DNA of 64,000 nt from Planctomycetota bacterium (GCA_038060895.1 JBBTCT010000024.1:168717-232716); one strand, 5' to 3'; positions 27,870-36,559 are shown, numbered from the stretch's first letter. Program-made: numbers and translations. Notes: a model not told the origin generated them from the letters alone.

Positions 27870-29666
27870 TCACGGTTCCGTGATACCAGCCATCGCGCGA
27901 CTGTACCAGATTTCGATGCCGCCGATCATCCAGAGTGGCCACATCAATCGGCTTTGGTCCATCCGGCCGGCGGCCTCTTCCCTGAGGAATTCGCGGTAAA
28001 GGGAGGCGGCGGGGCCCGTGTTGGTCCAGCCCCGGGCAGCGGTTGTCAGCGACTGAAAGCTCCGCTCGCCGCCCAGCGCCCGGAATGCTTCCGCAAACAG
28101 GTGCGAGAAATCCGCTTTGGTCCTGCGGTCGCGGACGGCCGGCGGAAGCAAGTCGCGGAGTCCGCCGCGGAGGACGAACTTTGTGGCCGCTCCGCGGCGG
28201 AGCTGCTCCCGCGGAACGGTCAGCGCGAACTCAATCAACCGGCGGTCATAAAACGGCATTCGCAGCTCGAGCCCGTGCCAGGCCATGTCGCGTTCGTCGA
28301 TTTCCAGCATGTGCTGTCCCCAGCCCGTTCCGTCGATGGCGAAGCGCCGCGCAGCCTCGGCGCCCGGGACGAGGGGGCGATGGCGATCCTTTGCGTGGAT
28401 GCGGTCGACAAGAGAGATGCGGCGGGCGAATTCCGCGGAGATCCAGGCGGGCGCCTTTCGTTTTCCCATCACTTTCGCAACGGTCTCGAACGCCGGATGA
28501 GGCAGGACAGCGCGAAGAGCCGCGCGCAGGACCCCGCCACGTCGCGGCCCTGGTCCCATCAGCCATTCGTCGGAGCCGATGCCGGTCAGCACCGCCCGGA
28601 ATCCGCGCTTTCGCGCGAGCGGGCGGATCGGGAGGGCGACCGCCGAGTTCGGATATCCGGGAAAGTCGAGCGTCCTTGCCGCGGACGCGGCGTAGATCCC
28701 CGGGTCCGCTGCGGCGGCCTCCTCAAAATTTGCCTGGAGCCCCCACATAGACACCACTTCATCAATGTAGGCCCGCTCGTCGCACGGACGCCCCGGAAAC
28801 GAGAGCGAGAACGTCTCGAACCCCTTCCCCTCTGCCGCGCCCTCCCTGAACAGGGCCTGCGCCATCCCGACGACCGAGCTGGAGTCCAGTCCGCCGCTGA
28901 GGTCCGCACAGACCGGCGTATTGCTGCGCAGGCGGCAAAGCACGGCGGCCCGAAAGAGTTCGCGGAATCGGTTTCCATACTCAAGATCCGAAGCGAGACC
29001 AGAGACGTCGGAGACACTCCGCGGGGCGTACTGCCGCGCACGGACTCCCGCCGCGTCCGCCACGAGCACGTGAGATGGCGGCAACCGCAGCACGCCTTTC
29101 CAGACGGTCTCTTCTCGGTGGGTGACGGCGTTGGCGAGGAACTCGCCGATCACTCCTTCGTTTGGCTCGCGGGGGAGGCCGGCGTCGCCGAAAAGGGCGC
29201 CGGGCTCCGAGGCGAAGACAAGGCGGCCGGCGTGGACCGCGTACGCGAGCGGACGCGCTCCGATCCAGTCTCGGGCGCAGAGGAGCCGGCGCCTCGCTGC
29301 GTCCCAGTACGCGAAGGCAAAGTCGCCAAGCAGCCGTCCCGGGGCGTCTTCACCCCATTTCTCGCAGGCCAGCAACGCGAGCTCGGCGTCGCCGTCGCCG
29401 GCCGGCGCAAGCGCTTTGCGCAGTTCGTCGCGATTGTCCAGGCGTCCGTGAAAGACGATGCCGAGCTTTCCCTTCACGAACGGCTGGTGTTCGTGCACGG
29501 CCTCGGGAGTCGTGTGCATCGCCCGGAAGCCGAGAGCGACGGAGCCGTCGATCCAGGTCGCGCAGCCGTCCGGGCCGCGGTGCGCGAGACGCGTGAGAAT
29601 CGATCCGAGAGGCTCCGGCCCCGCCGGCCTGCCGTCGAAATAAAAAACTCCGGCTAGCCCGCTCAC
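27870..29666 (-). CDS. Lasso peptide cyclase (AsnB-like, no N-terminal Cys)
   Basis: Starts MSGLAG, HGRLDNR, GDFAFA, DLSGGLDSS, RMPFYDRRL; adjacent to precursor and RRE. Confidence 0.9.
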   Translation of the reverse strand: MSGLAGVFYFDGRPAGPEPLGSILTRLAHRGPDGCATWIDGSVALGFRAMHTTPEAVHEHQPFVKGKLGIVFHGRLDNRDELRKALAPAGDGDAELALLACEKWGEDAPGRLLGDFAFAYWDAARRRLLCARDWIGARPLAYAVHAGRLVFASEPGALFGDAGLPREPNEGVIGEFLANAVTHREETVWKGVLRLPPSHVLVADAAGVRARQYAPRSVSDVSGLASDLEYGNRFRELFRAAVLCRLRSNTPVCADLSGGLDSSSVVGMAQALFREGAAEGKGFETFSLSFPGRPCDERAYIDEVVSMWGLQANFEEAAAADPGIYAASAARTLDFPGYPNSAVALPIRPLARKRGFRAVLTGIGSDEWLMGPGPRRGGVLRAALRAVLPHPAFETVAKVMGKRKAPAWISAEFARRISLVDRIHAKDRHRPLVPGAEAARRFAIDGTGWGQHMLEIDERDMAWHGLELRMPFYDRRLIEFALTVPREQLRRGAATKFVLRGGLRDLLPPAVRDRRTKADFSHLFAEAFRALGGERSFQSLTTAARGWTNTGPAASLYREFLREEAAGRMDQSRLMWPLWMIGGIEIWYSRAMAGITEP

Positions 29667-31285
29667 CTCCGTTCCTTCTCAATCTTCTCGATCTGGGTCA
29701 TGTAGCGCAGCGCCCGGGCTTCCGCTGCATCGATCGCCAGGGCCTGCGCGAAGCACTCCTTCGCGGGGGTCAACTGTCGATTCATGAAGTGAAACTCCCC
29801 CTTCATTCCCCAGGCCGTCGCGTTTCCCGCGTCAACCTGGACCAGCCGCTCGAAGCACTCCAACGCGAGCGCCCCCTGGCTATCCATGGCGGCGGTGACC
29901 GCGAGGTTGGCCAGCACCGCGGCTTCGTCGGGCCGCAGGGCCCTTGCGCGACCGAACATGTCGATCGCCGCCTTGATGTCTCCCTTTTGACGAAGCAGCG
30001 CCCCGAGGTTGAACCATCCGTTCCAGTGCTCGGGGTCCAGCTCGACCGAACGGCGCAGCCGCGTCAGCCCTTCATCGACGCGCCCCAGCGAGGCGAGCGC
30101 GAGCCCCGCGTGGTAGTTGGCCATCGCCGAATCCGGATCCGACAGGAGCGCCTTCTCAAACCACTTGAGAGCTTCGTCGTCCCTGCCCAGCTGGTGCGCG
30201 CGGAAGCCGCGCAGGTCGAATTCGTGCGCACCGGTTCCCTCGTCGCCGAAAGTCTCGAGGAGCGCCGCCATTTCCGCTTCTGAAACCGCGCGGCGGAAGA
30301 CGCGGCGAAGGGCTCCTTGGGCGTCGAAGACGAAGGTGGAGGGGAGCGGGGCGTCGCCGCCCGGGCCGAAGAAGGACCTGAGGAGAGGTTCGTCGGCGAG
30401 GAACTGCGGGTAGGAGACGCCGGCGGCCTGCACGGCGGCCCGGACCGCGTCGAGGTCCTTTGACTCGACGCTCACGCCCGCAAACGTGGCGCGGTCGCGG
30501 AACTTCCCCGCGAGCGCGACGAGCGCCGGCATTTCCTCCTTGCAAGGCGCGCATGTGGGCGACCAGAAGTTGATGACCGCAGGCGTGCCTTTGGTTGCAA
30601 GCGCCGCTTCCCCGCCCTCGAGCCGACGCGCGGTGGCGTCGAACGAGAACACCGGGCGCGAACGCGGCGGCCCGGACGTCCATCGGGGCAGCTCGCGCGC
30701 TTCGAATCCCGGGCGGCCGTGACGGATCGTGACGAGACGGTCTGCGGGAACGCGTTCGACGGTCTGGACATCTCCGCCGGGCCAGGTCACCGTCACCCGT
30801 TCGGCCAGGGCGGCGTCGCCGAGACCGAAATGCAGGTCGAACGGCACCTGCGTCTGGAAACCGTCGGTGAGGCGCGTGTAGTCCTGCTGCGTGACGCCGC
30901 CGGCCTCGACTTTCACGAGCGCGCCAAGCGCGTCGGCAAGCCCGCGCTGCCCTTCAAGTCGAAGACGCAGAAATCGTCGCGCCGGAGAACTGTTTTCGAC
31001 GACGCGCAGTCCCTGGAGCGAGAAGCACAGGAGGTCGAGGTCGCCGTCGCCATCGACGTCGGCAGGCGCGGCGGCGCGGCCGTCGTCGTCGAAGTCGAGA
31101 CCGCAGACGTAGGCGGCGTTGGGATAGGTCTGCGAAGGGCCGTCCGCGTTGAAGAAAAGGAAATCCCGCTCGTACCCGCTCCAGGAGCCGCGGAACGTGG
31201 GGTCAACCCTGGCTTCGTAGTTGGGCTGTACTTTCTTCGACTCAAGGGCGCGTGCGTCGGCGGCGACCTGCCGCCAGAAGTGCGT
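29663..31285 (-). CDS. C-terminal part of CRTAC-like protein: FG-GAP repeat + ASPIC/UnbV + TlpA-like thioredoxin + TPR (in frame with upstream ORF across a UGA)
   Basis: Open frame from 31285: FWRQV..SWSGYERD..DVDGDGDLD, LHFGLG..VTWPGG, NFWSPTCAPC, TPR helices. Confidence 0.82.
   Translation of the reverse strand, partial: THFWRQVAADARALESKKVQPNYEARVDPTFRGSWSGYERDFLFFNADGPSQTYPNAAYVCGLDFDDDGRAAAPADVDGDGDLDLLCFSLQGLRVVENSSPARRFLRLRLEGQRGLADALGALVKVEAGGVTQQDYTRLTDGFQTQVPFDLHFGLGDAALAERVTVTWPGGDVQTVERVPADRLVTIRHGRPGFEARELPRWTSGPPRSRPVFSFDATARRLEGGEAALATKGTPAVINFWSPTCAPCKEEMPALVALAGKFRDRATFAGVSVESKDLDAVRAAVQAAGVSYPQFLADEPLLRSFFGPGGDAPLPSTFVFDAQGALRRVFRRAVSEAEMAALLETFGDEGTGAHEFDLRGFRAHQLGRDDEALKWFEKALLSDPDSAMANYHAGLALASLGRVDEGLTRLRRSVELDPEHWNGWFNLGALLRQKGDIKAAIDMFGRARALRPDEAAVLANLAVTAAMDSQGALALECFERLVQVDAGNATAWGMKGEFHFMNRQLTPAKECFAQALAIDAAEARALRYMTQIEKIEKERR
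31259..31275 (-). promoter_or_regulatory. Candidate bacterial SECIS hairpin
   Basis: GGCGGC-AGGUC-GCCGCC, stem begins 10 nt after the in-frame UGA at 31288-31286. Confidence 0.5.
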
Positions 31286-33043
31286 TCAGAAGTCCGGGGC
31301 GTTCGCGTCCGAATTCGTCGTGAACCCGTTGGCAACCCAGATCTCGCGATCGCCGTCGTTGTCGATATCCAGGAACAGGCAGGCCCACGCCCAGTCGGCC
31401 CAGTTCAGGCCGCGGGCCACGGACGTCTCGCGCCATTCCCCCGATTTCGGGTCGCGCTCGTAGAACTGGTTTCCCTGGGCGAGCAGGAGCCCCAGCCGGC
31501 GCATCTCTGGCCCGAGGTTATCCGCGAGAAGAAACACGCGATTACCCGCATGGCTGTACATGTTCGAGAGGTACATCCCCCACGTCCCGTCGTTCTCCCA
31601 GTCCGCGATCGTCACGCCCATCGTGTAGTTCGTGTCGGCGTTGAAAATGTGCGTCTTCGCGTCGGCAAAACGCCCCTTGCCGTCGTTCTGCCACAGGTGA
31701 TTCGGTCCGAAGTCGTTTCCCTCGAACAGGTCGAGGTCGCCGTCGAAATCGAAGTCCCACCATTTCGCGACATAGGAGTACTGCGTTCCGGTGATGCCGC
31801 GCGCGTCCGACTCCTCCGTAAACCGCAGGCCGCCCTGGTTGATGAACAGGTAGTTGTCCGCTCCGTCGTAGGCCACGACGCGGTTGAAGGCGTCGTTCTT
31901 CGATCCGCGATTCTTATAGCAGCAGAAGAACAGGTCGATGTCGCCGTCCCGGTCGAAGTCCGCCGGCACGATCCCCTGCACCGACACGCCCACGGTCCCC
32001 GGCGGCACTGCAAACTCCGTCGCGCGCGTCTCCCAGCCATCTCCCTTCCGCACGTGGATCCGCAAGTTCGCCTTGTCCCGCTTCTCCCCGCTGACGTCGC
32101 CGCTCACGAGCTCGTCCACCCCGTCGCCGTCCAGGTCGAGCGCCACGTACGACCACGCCACATCGTCCGGCTTGAGGGCCGGCCCCTGCCCGCGCACGAA
32201 TCCGCCCTTTCCGTCGTTCAGGAACAGCGCGAGCTCGCCGCCGCGCACCCAGGCGAGCACGTCCGGAAACTCGTCCCGGTTCCAGTCCGACACCACCATT
32301 CCTCCCGTGCTCGTGATCCCGCGGTCGTCGATCATCGACCGGCGAAGCTCCCGGTTGGCAGCGGACTCATTGAAGTGCAGACCGGTTTCATCCGTGATGT
32401 CGATCCACGGCGCGCGCCGCGCATCCAGGCGCGTCCCCTCGACCCATTCCAGCCGCTCGACCTGCCAGGTTTTTTCCGCCGTGGCCACCCACCGGCTGCG
32501 CACCGTTCCGGAGAGATCCGCCCGCATCCCGTCGGTCTTGCGCCCGGCGAGCTGGAAGTGCAGCACGACGTAGGCCGATCGAAGGCCGGGATCGAGCAGG
32601 AACTCAAAGGGACGCCACGTCGTTCGCTCGACCGCGACCCAGTCTTTCAAGTGCTCGCGAATCGTCGCGACGAATGCCGCGGCATCTCGCTCGGGAAGTC
32701 CTTCAGCTCCGTACTCCCGGATTCCCATCCAGGCGTCGGGAACCTCCTTGCCATCCTGGGGCGCCGGAAATTTGCCGCGAAACCCCGGAGTGAGAGCGGC
32801 CTTTGCCTTCTCCCAGTCCATCTCGCGAAGGCCCTTCATGAAACTCCGCTTGATCGAACCGTTGGCCGTCTCGTAGGTCGACTCGGAAAGTTCGACGTCC
32901 TTGACAAAGTCCGCCGGGCGCACGAACGGCCGTTCTCCTTCGAGAATCGGCACGCGTTTCTTGAGGACCACCGCGGTAATCAGCGCTGCAATCCCCACTA
33001 CTGCCGCGATGACCCCAGCGCCGCGGGCGCTTCGTCGTGTCAT
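31286..33043 (-). CDS. N-terminal part of membrane-anchored CRTAC1/FG-GAP repeat protein
   Basis: N-terminal TM segment; DWNRD, DLDGDG, DFDRDGDIDL, DFDFDGDLDL, YLSNMYS, WAW..DIDNDG repeats; ends at TGA. Confidence 0.85.
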   Translation of the reverse strand: MTRRSARGAGVIAAVVGIAALITAVVLKKRVPILEGERPFVRPADFVKDVELSESTYETANGSIKRSFMKGLREMDWEKAKAALTPGFRGKFPAPQDGKEVPDAWMGIREYGAEGLPERDAAAFVATIREHLKDWVAVERTTWRPFEFLLDPGLRSAYVVLHFQLAGRKTDGMRADLSGTVRSRWVATAEKTWQVERLEWVEGTRLDARRAPWIDITDETGLHFNESAANRELRRSMIDDRGITSTGGMVVSDWNRDEFPDVLAWVRGGELALFLNDGKGGFVRGQGPALKPDDVAWSYVALDLDGDGVDELVSGDVSGEKRDKANLRIHVRKGDGWETRATEFAVPPGTVGVSVQGIVPADFDRDGDIDLFFCCYKNRGSKNDAFNRVVAYDGADNYLFINQGGLRFTEESDARGITGTQYSYVAKWWDFDFDGDLDLFEGNDFGPNHLWQNDGKGRFADAKTHIFNADTNYTMGVTIADWENDGTWGMYLSNMYSHAGNRVFLLADNLGPEMRRLGLLLAQGNQFYERDPKSGEWRETSVARGLNWADWAWACLFLDIDNDGDREIWVANGFTTNSDANAPDF

Positions 33044-33052
33044 TCGCGCATG

Positions 33053-33355
33053 CTAGCCCTGACGGAAAGTCGCTTCAAGCGGAGTCGGCGCCGGCGCGAG
33101 CGTCTTGCGCAGTTCCTCGCGGTTGTCGAGGCGGCCGTGGAAGACGATCGCGAGGTCTCCCTTCACGAACGGCTGGCGCTCGGCGGCGGCCTCGGGGGTG
33201 GTGTGCATCGCCTGGAAGCCGAGGGCGACGGGGCCCGCGGACCAGCGGGCGCTTCCGTCCGGCCCGCGGTGGGCGACGCGGGCGAGGACGGCGTCGAGCG
33301 GCTGGGGGGCGGCGGGCTGGCCGTCGAAGTGGAAGACGCCGGCGATGCCGCTCAT
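33053..33355 (-). pseudogene. Truncated duplicate of the lasso cyclase N-terminus
   Basis: About 88 aa align with 29666 gene (MSGIAGVF..HRGPDG..MHTTPEA..QPFVKG..FHGRLDNR..LAPA), then similarity stops. Confidence 0.8.
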
Positions 33356-33460
33356 GGGCGGATTCTACAACCGCGAGGAGATTGCGGCGCGAGTGGGGAG
33401 AGACGGGATGACGGTGGACTCGGTCGAAGACCGATATCAAGAATTTGCATCGCAGCGCGC

Positions 33461-33489
33461 TTGACAGTACGGTTGCCGTGAGATATGTT
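33461..33489 (+). promoter_or_regulatory. sigma70 promoter of the deaminase gene
   Basis: TTGACA-N17-TATGTT. Confidence 0.6.
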
Positions 33490-33506
33490 AGTATTCTGTT
33501 AGCACA

Positions 33507-34751
33507 ATGGAACGGATCCCCACAACGAAAAGACCAAGCTCCGATACGGGAGATCCGCTTGCCTACCCGGATCCCGAACTCGTGGTGGCCTTGGTCTACC
33601 CTACGGGTACGGACGGCGACGGTTTGCGTAGCAGGATCACAAGGACGCTTCGACGCTTCTCATTCGGAGTCGATCCGATCCGCATCAGCGAGATCATCGA
33701 GAAACGATGCGGGCGGAAAATTCCAAAACGGCCGCTTCCGGATCGGATCGAGGCGCTGATCCACGAAGGAGATCAGCTCTGTCGGCCTCCGGATGCTGCA
33801 CAGCGAGGAGCCGAGTCGAGGGAGAAGATTCTGGCGCTGGCAGCAATCTCAGAAATCGCCTACAACCGGTCCTTCTCCGACGGGTCCACACCGCAGGCCA
33901 GACCAAAGTGCGCCCACCTGGTTTCATCGCTGAAGCGACCGGCTGAGTGCGAAGAATTTCGGCGAGTTTATGGGCCAGGACTCTTCGTGATCGGAGCGAA
34001 CACTCCGGTACCGAATCGCGTGAAACGACTCATGCGCGGAGGGGCGAGTCTCAATCGCGCCCGGGCGCTGGTTGCTCGGGATATGGAAGAATCCGCCGCC
34101 GGGGGCCAGAAGCTCCAGAAGACGATGCAGATGGCTGATGCGTTCATCCTGCTTGGCGACGGAGACTACGAGAATGCTGTCGATCGGGTGTTCGACCTGA
34201 TCTTTGGAGCACCCTTTGTCACCCCGGATCGTGATGAGCATGCGATGTTTCTCGCGTTTTCGGCCTCGTTGCGTTCGGCCTCGCTTTCCCGGCAAGTGGG
34301 GGCAGCGCTTCTTGACGACAATGGAGAGCTCATCGGAGTCGGATGCAACGATGTCCCTGCGTTTGGCGGCGGTCTCTACTGGCCTGGTCCGGGAGATAAC
34401 CGGGACCATTGCTCTTCAGGCCTGGACACGAACAGGAAGGTCCTCGGTGAGATCATCGACGACGTCGCGGATCGCCTCGACGTGAGACGTGAGACTGTTC
34501 GCGCCAGGCTCAAGGGCGCTCCCATCGAAGACATCACCGAGTTCGGACGCGCCGCGCACGCCGAAATGGAAGCGATCCTTTCAGCGGCACGCTCGGGGGC
34601 CAGGCCCCGGGGTGGAACGCTGTACACCACGACGTTCCCTTGTCATAACTGCACCCGACACATCATTGCTTCAGGTGTGAGACGAGTCGTGTACGTGGAG
34701 CCATACCCTAAGAGTCGCGCTCGCGAGTTGCATGCGGATGCGGTCTGGTAG
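33507..34751 (+). CDS. Anti-phage-type dCTP/dCMP deaminase (P-loop-kinase-like N-terminus + Zn deaminase), cut by in-frame TAG
   Basis: ELVVALV..GT, SLKRP.E...R.VYG, SASLSRQVGA, HAEMEA, TTFPCHNC, YVEPYPKS. Confidence 0.85.
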   Translation: MERIPTTKRPSSDTGDPLAYPDPELVVALVYPTGTDGDGLRSRITRTLRRFSFGVDPIRISEIIEKRCGRKIPKRPLPDRIEALIHEGDQLCRPPDAAQRGAESREKILALAAISEIAYNRSFSDGSTPQARPKCAHLVSSLKRPAECEEFRRVYGPGLFVIGANTPVPNRVKRLMRGGASLNRARALVARDMEESAAGGQKLQKTMQMADAFILLGDGDYENAVDRVFDLIFGAPFVTPDRDEHAMFLAFSASLRSASLSRQVGAALLDDNGELIGVGCNDVPAFGGGLYWPGPGDNRDHCSSGLDTNRKVLGEIIDDVADRLDVRRETVRARLKGAPIEDITEFGRAAHAEMEAILSAARSGARPRGGTLYTTTFPCHNCTRHIIASGVRRVVYVEPYPKSRARELHADAVW

Positions 34752-35036
34752 ACGGAATTTCAGGGTCAGCCCACCGCAAAGAGCCGAAAAACGAGGGTAG
34801 TGTTTGAGCCATTCGTCGGGATCGGGCCTCGGCGATACTTCGATCTCTTCTCCGTGAGCCACGGTTCAGGAGAGCAGTTGCGCAGAAAAGCAGAAGACGG
34901 TGTTCGGAAGGTGGACTGGAGGAGAGAGGGAGCAAGAATCAGATGCCCGATGCTTCCGAATTCCTATCTTGGCCGTGAAGAGGTGGCTGCCAAGCGTTTC
35001 CTGGCGTTGCAGCATCAGTCGAGGATGCCCTCATGA
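34752..35036 (+). other. In-frame C-terminal continuation of the deaminase after the TAG
   Basis: TEFQGQ...VVFEPFVGIGPRRYFDLF, the C-terminal motif expected for this family, same frame. Confidence 0.7.
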
Positions 35037-35218
35037 ACGGCAAGTCGAAGTCCTTGAACAAGGAGCAGGCGAAGTATCTTGCGTTCCTCAGGAGAGCGGC
35101 CGATCGGGTCGATGCGTGGCCGGATTGGATGCGCGGCGATCGACCACACCCTGCGAAAGGGAGTGGGGTCGCGAAGTCACTGCGAGGCGAAGGTTCACGC
35201 AGCCGAACGGTGACGTAG
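35033..35218 (+). CDS. Small hypothetical protein (61 aa, WPDW motif)
   Basis: ATGA overlap with the deaminase continuation stop; GAGGA RBS. Confidence 0.5.
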   Translation: MNGKSKSLNKEQAKYLAFLRRAADRVDAWPDWMRGDRPHPAKGSGVAKSLRGEGSRSRTVT

Positions 35219-35262
35219 AGGCGCCGGGCACCGGAGGCAGGAATCCCACCGACGGCTCGAAC

Positions 35263-35466
35263 ATGAGCGCCGTGCAGGCGGCCGAGCTTATCGGCATCTC
35301 GCGCGCTGCTGTTCACAAGGCGGTTCATGCAGGGAAGATCCAGGCGCTCCGGATCGGCAACGTCACGGTGATCAACAGGAAGTCCGCCGTTGAATACCTG
35401 CGGAATCGTGAGTCGGTCATGCGAGCTCGAGCGTCGCGCGGGAAAGCACGTAAGGCCCTGGGATAG
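35263..35466 (+). CDS. Excisionase-like HTH protein / fragment (paralog of 36616 C-terminus)
   Basis: SAVQAAELIGISRAAVHKAVHAGKI..RIGNV. Confidence 0.6.
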   Translation: MSAVQAAELIGISRAAVHKAVHAGKIQALRIGNVTVINRKSAVEYLRNRESVMRARASRGKARKALG

Positions 35467-35490
35467 CGGTTCGACACGCCTGATTGGCGA

Positions 35491-35919
35491 TCACCGTCCT
35501 CCTTCAAGCGGCGGGTAGACCGCGCGCAGCGCCGCACTCTCCCCGATCGCCTCCCCGCCGACCTCCACCCACGCGTGCGCCTCGATCCCTTTGCCGGCGC
35601 GCTTTGCGCCGAAGCGGATGCGGCCGTCGATGCCGAGGCGGCGGAGGAGGGCGAAGAGGACGAGGGCGCGGGGGACGCAGGAGGCGCGGGGGAGGGAGCG
35701 GCGGGCGACGCCCATGGTGACGCGGGCGGTTTCGCGGGCGCGGGCGAGAACGTCCACGCCTTTCGGCCCTGCTTTTTTCAGCGGCGCGAGAGTGGCGAGC
35801 ATGGACTTGACCTTGCCGAAGCCGAAGACGCGGAGGGCGGGGACGACGAGGGCCTGGAGGGCGGCGGCTTTGGCGGCGAGGGTGCGGTCTGCTGGGGAGA
35901 GATCGCGAAGGCGGGGCAT
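35491..35919 (-). CDS. Lasso peptide leader peptidase B2 (transglutaminase-like)
   Basis: SCVPRAL, GRIRFG, EAHAWVE catalytic motifs. Confidence 0.9.
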   Translation of the reverse strand: MPRLRDLSPADRTLAAKAAALQALVVPALRVFGFGKVKSMLATLAPLKKAGPKGVDVLARARETARVTMGVARRSLPRASCVPRALVLFALLRRLGIDGRIRFGAKRAGKGIEAHAWVEVGGEAIGESAALRAVYPPLEGGR

Positions 35920-36019
35920 GGGGAGGATTCTAGCCCGTCTTTAGGTGGATTGGAGTGAGTGGGGATTCGCCGAGACAGGCTGTAGGATTGAACTGAATCA
36001 AATTCTTTAATAAATGGCA

Positions 36020-36047
36020 TTGACAGGACGATCCTCTGAAGTATAAC
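36020..36047 (+). promoter_or_regulatory. Candidate sigma70 promoter
   Basis: TTGACA-N16-TATAAC upstream of 36079. Confidence 0.5.
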
Positions 36048-36078
36048 TTAAACCGAACATTCAATCGGAGAAGGTGGC

Positions 36079-36444
36079 ATGCCCGATCGCATCGTCTTCA
36101 ACGTCGCGATTCCTCGGACCGACGAATTCACAGGCCAGAGGCACAGCCCTCAGAAGTCGCGTTCCTGGTTCTGGCGAACGGCCGAGCTGGAGTTCTGCCG
36201 CGGAGGGTCTCAGATCGGCGTGGCCATCCTCGGCCTCTGGTTTGAACACGGCCTCCCTCCGGGGGCAGCGCCCGTTCAGGACTTTTGCGACTGGTACAAG
36301 TTCGCCGTGCCCCCGGACCGGGTCGAAGATCTGGGAAAGCATGTTGAACTCGCGACGCAGGAGTTTGGTCAGAAATGCATCTACCTCGAGCGCGCTGGCG
36401 AGGCCGACTTCATCGCGAATCCGAACTATCGTTCGGCAGGGTAG
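36079..36444 (+). CDS. Hypothetical protein (small alpha/beta)
   Basis: Promoter plus GGAGAAGG RBS; ends with F.Q..IY motif. Confidence 0.65.
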   Translation: MPDRIVFNVAIPRTDEFTGQRHSPQKSRSWFWRTAELEFCRGGSQIGVAILGLWFEHGLPPGAAPVQDFCDWYKFAVPPDRVEDLGKHVELATQEFGQKCIYLERAGEADFIANPNYRSAG

Positions 36445-36530
36445 AAAGGCCTGGTGGTTCGACACGCTTGTTCCCTGGGGTTGCTCCCTTCAGTCGCTAC
36501 TCACGGAATCAAAGCTGTCTCGCCACAGGG

Positions 36531-36559
36531 TTGACAATATTCAACCATTGCCTTAGTAT
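36531..36559 (+). promoter_or_regulatory. sigma70 promoter with overlapping palindrome
   Basis: TTGACA-N17-TAGTAT; GGTTGA-N6-TCAACC inverted repeat over the -35. Confidence 0.55.

Noticed and set aside
30913-31335. 140-aa ORF bridging the CRTAC halves, suggesting a frameshift
   Set aside because: Wrong frame and low complexity; the real continuation is in frame across the TGA
33356-33506. Possible AvcI-like antitoxin RNA upstream of the deaminase
   Set aside because: The region is short and occupied by divergent promoter elements; no structure evident
34749-34751. Pyrrolysine decoding of the deaminase TAG
   Set aside because: The site is in a variable linker, no pyl genes are visible, and TAG serves as a normal stop elsewhere in the window
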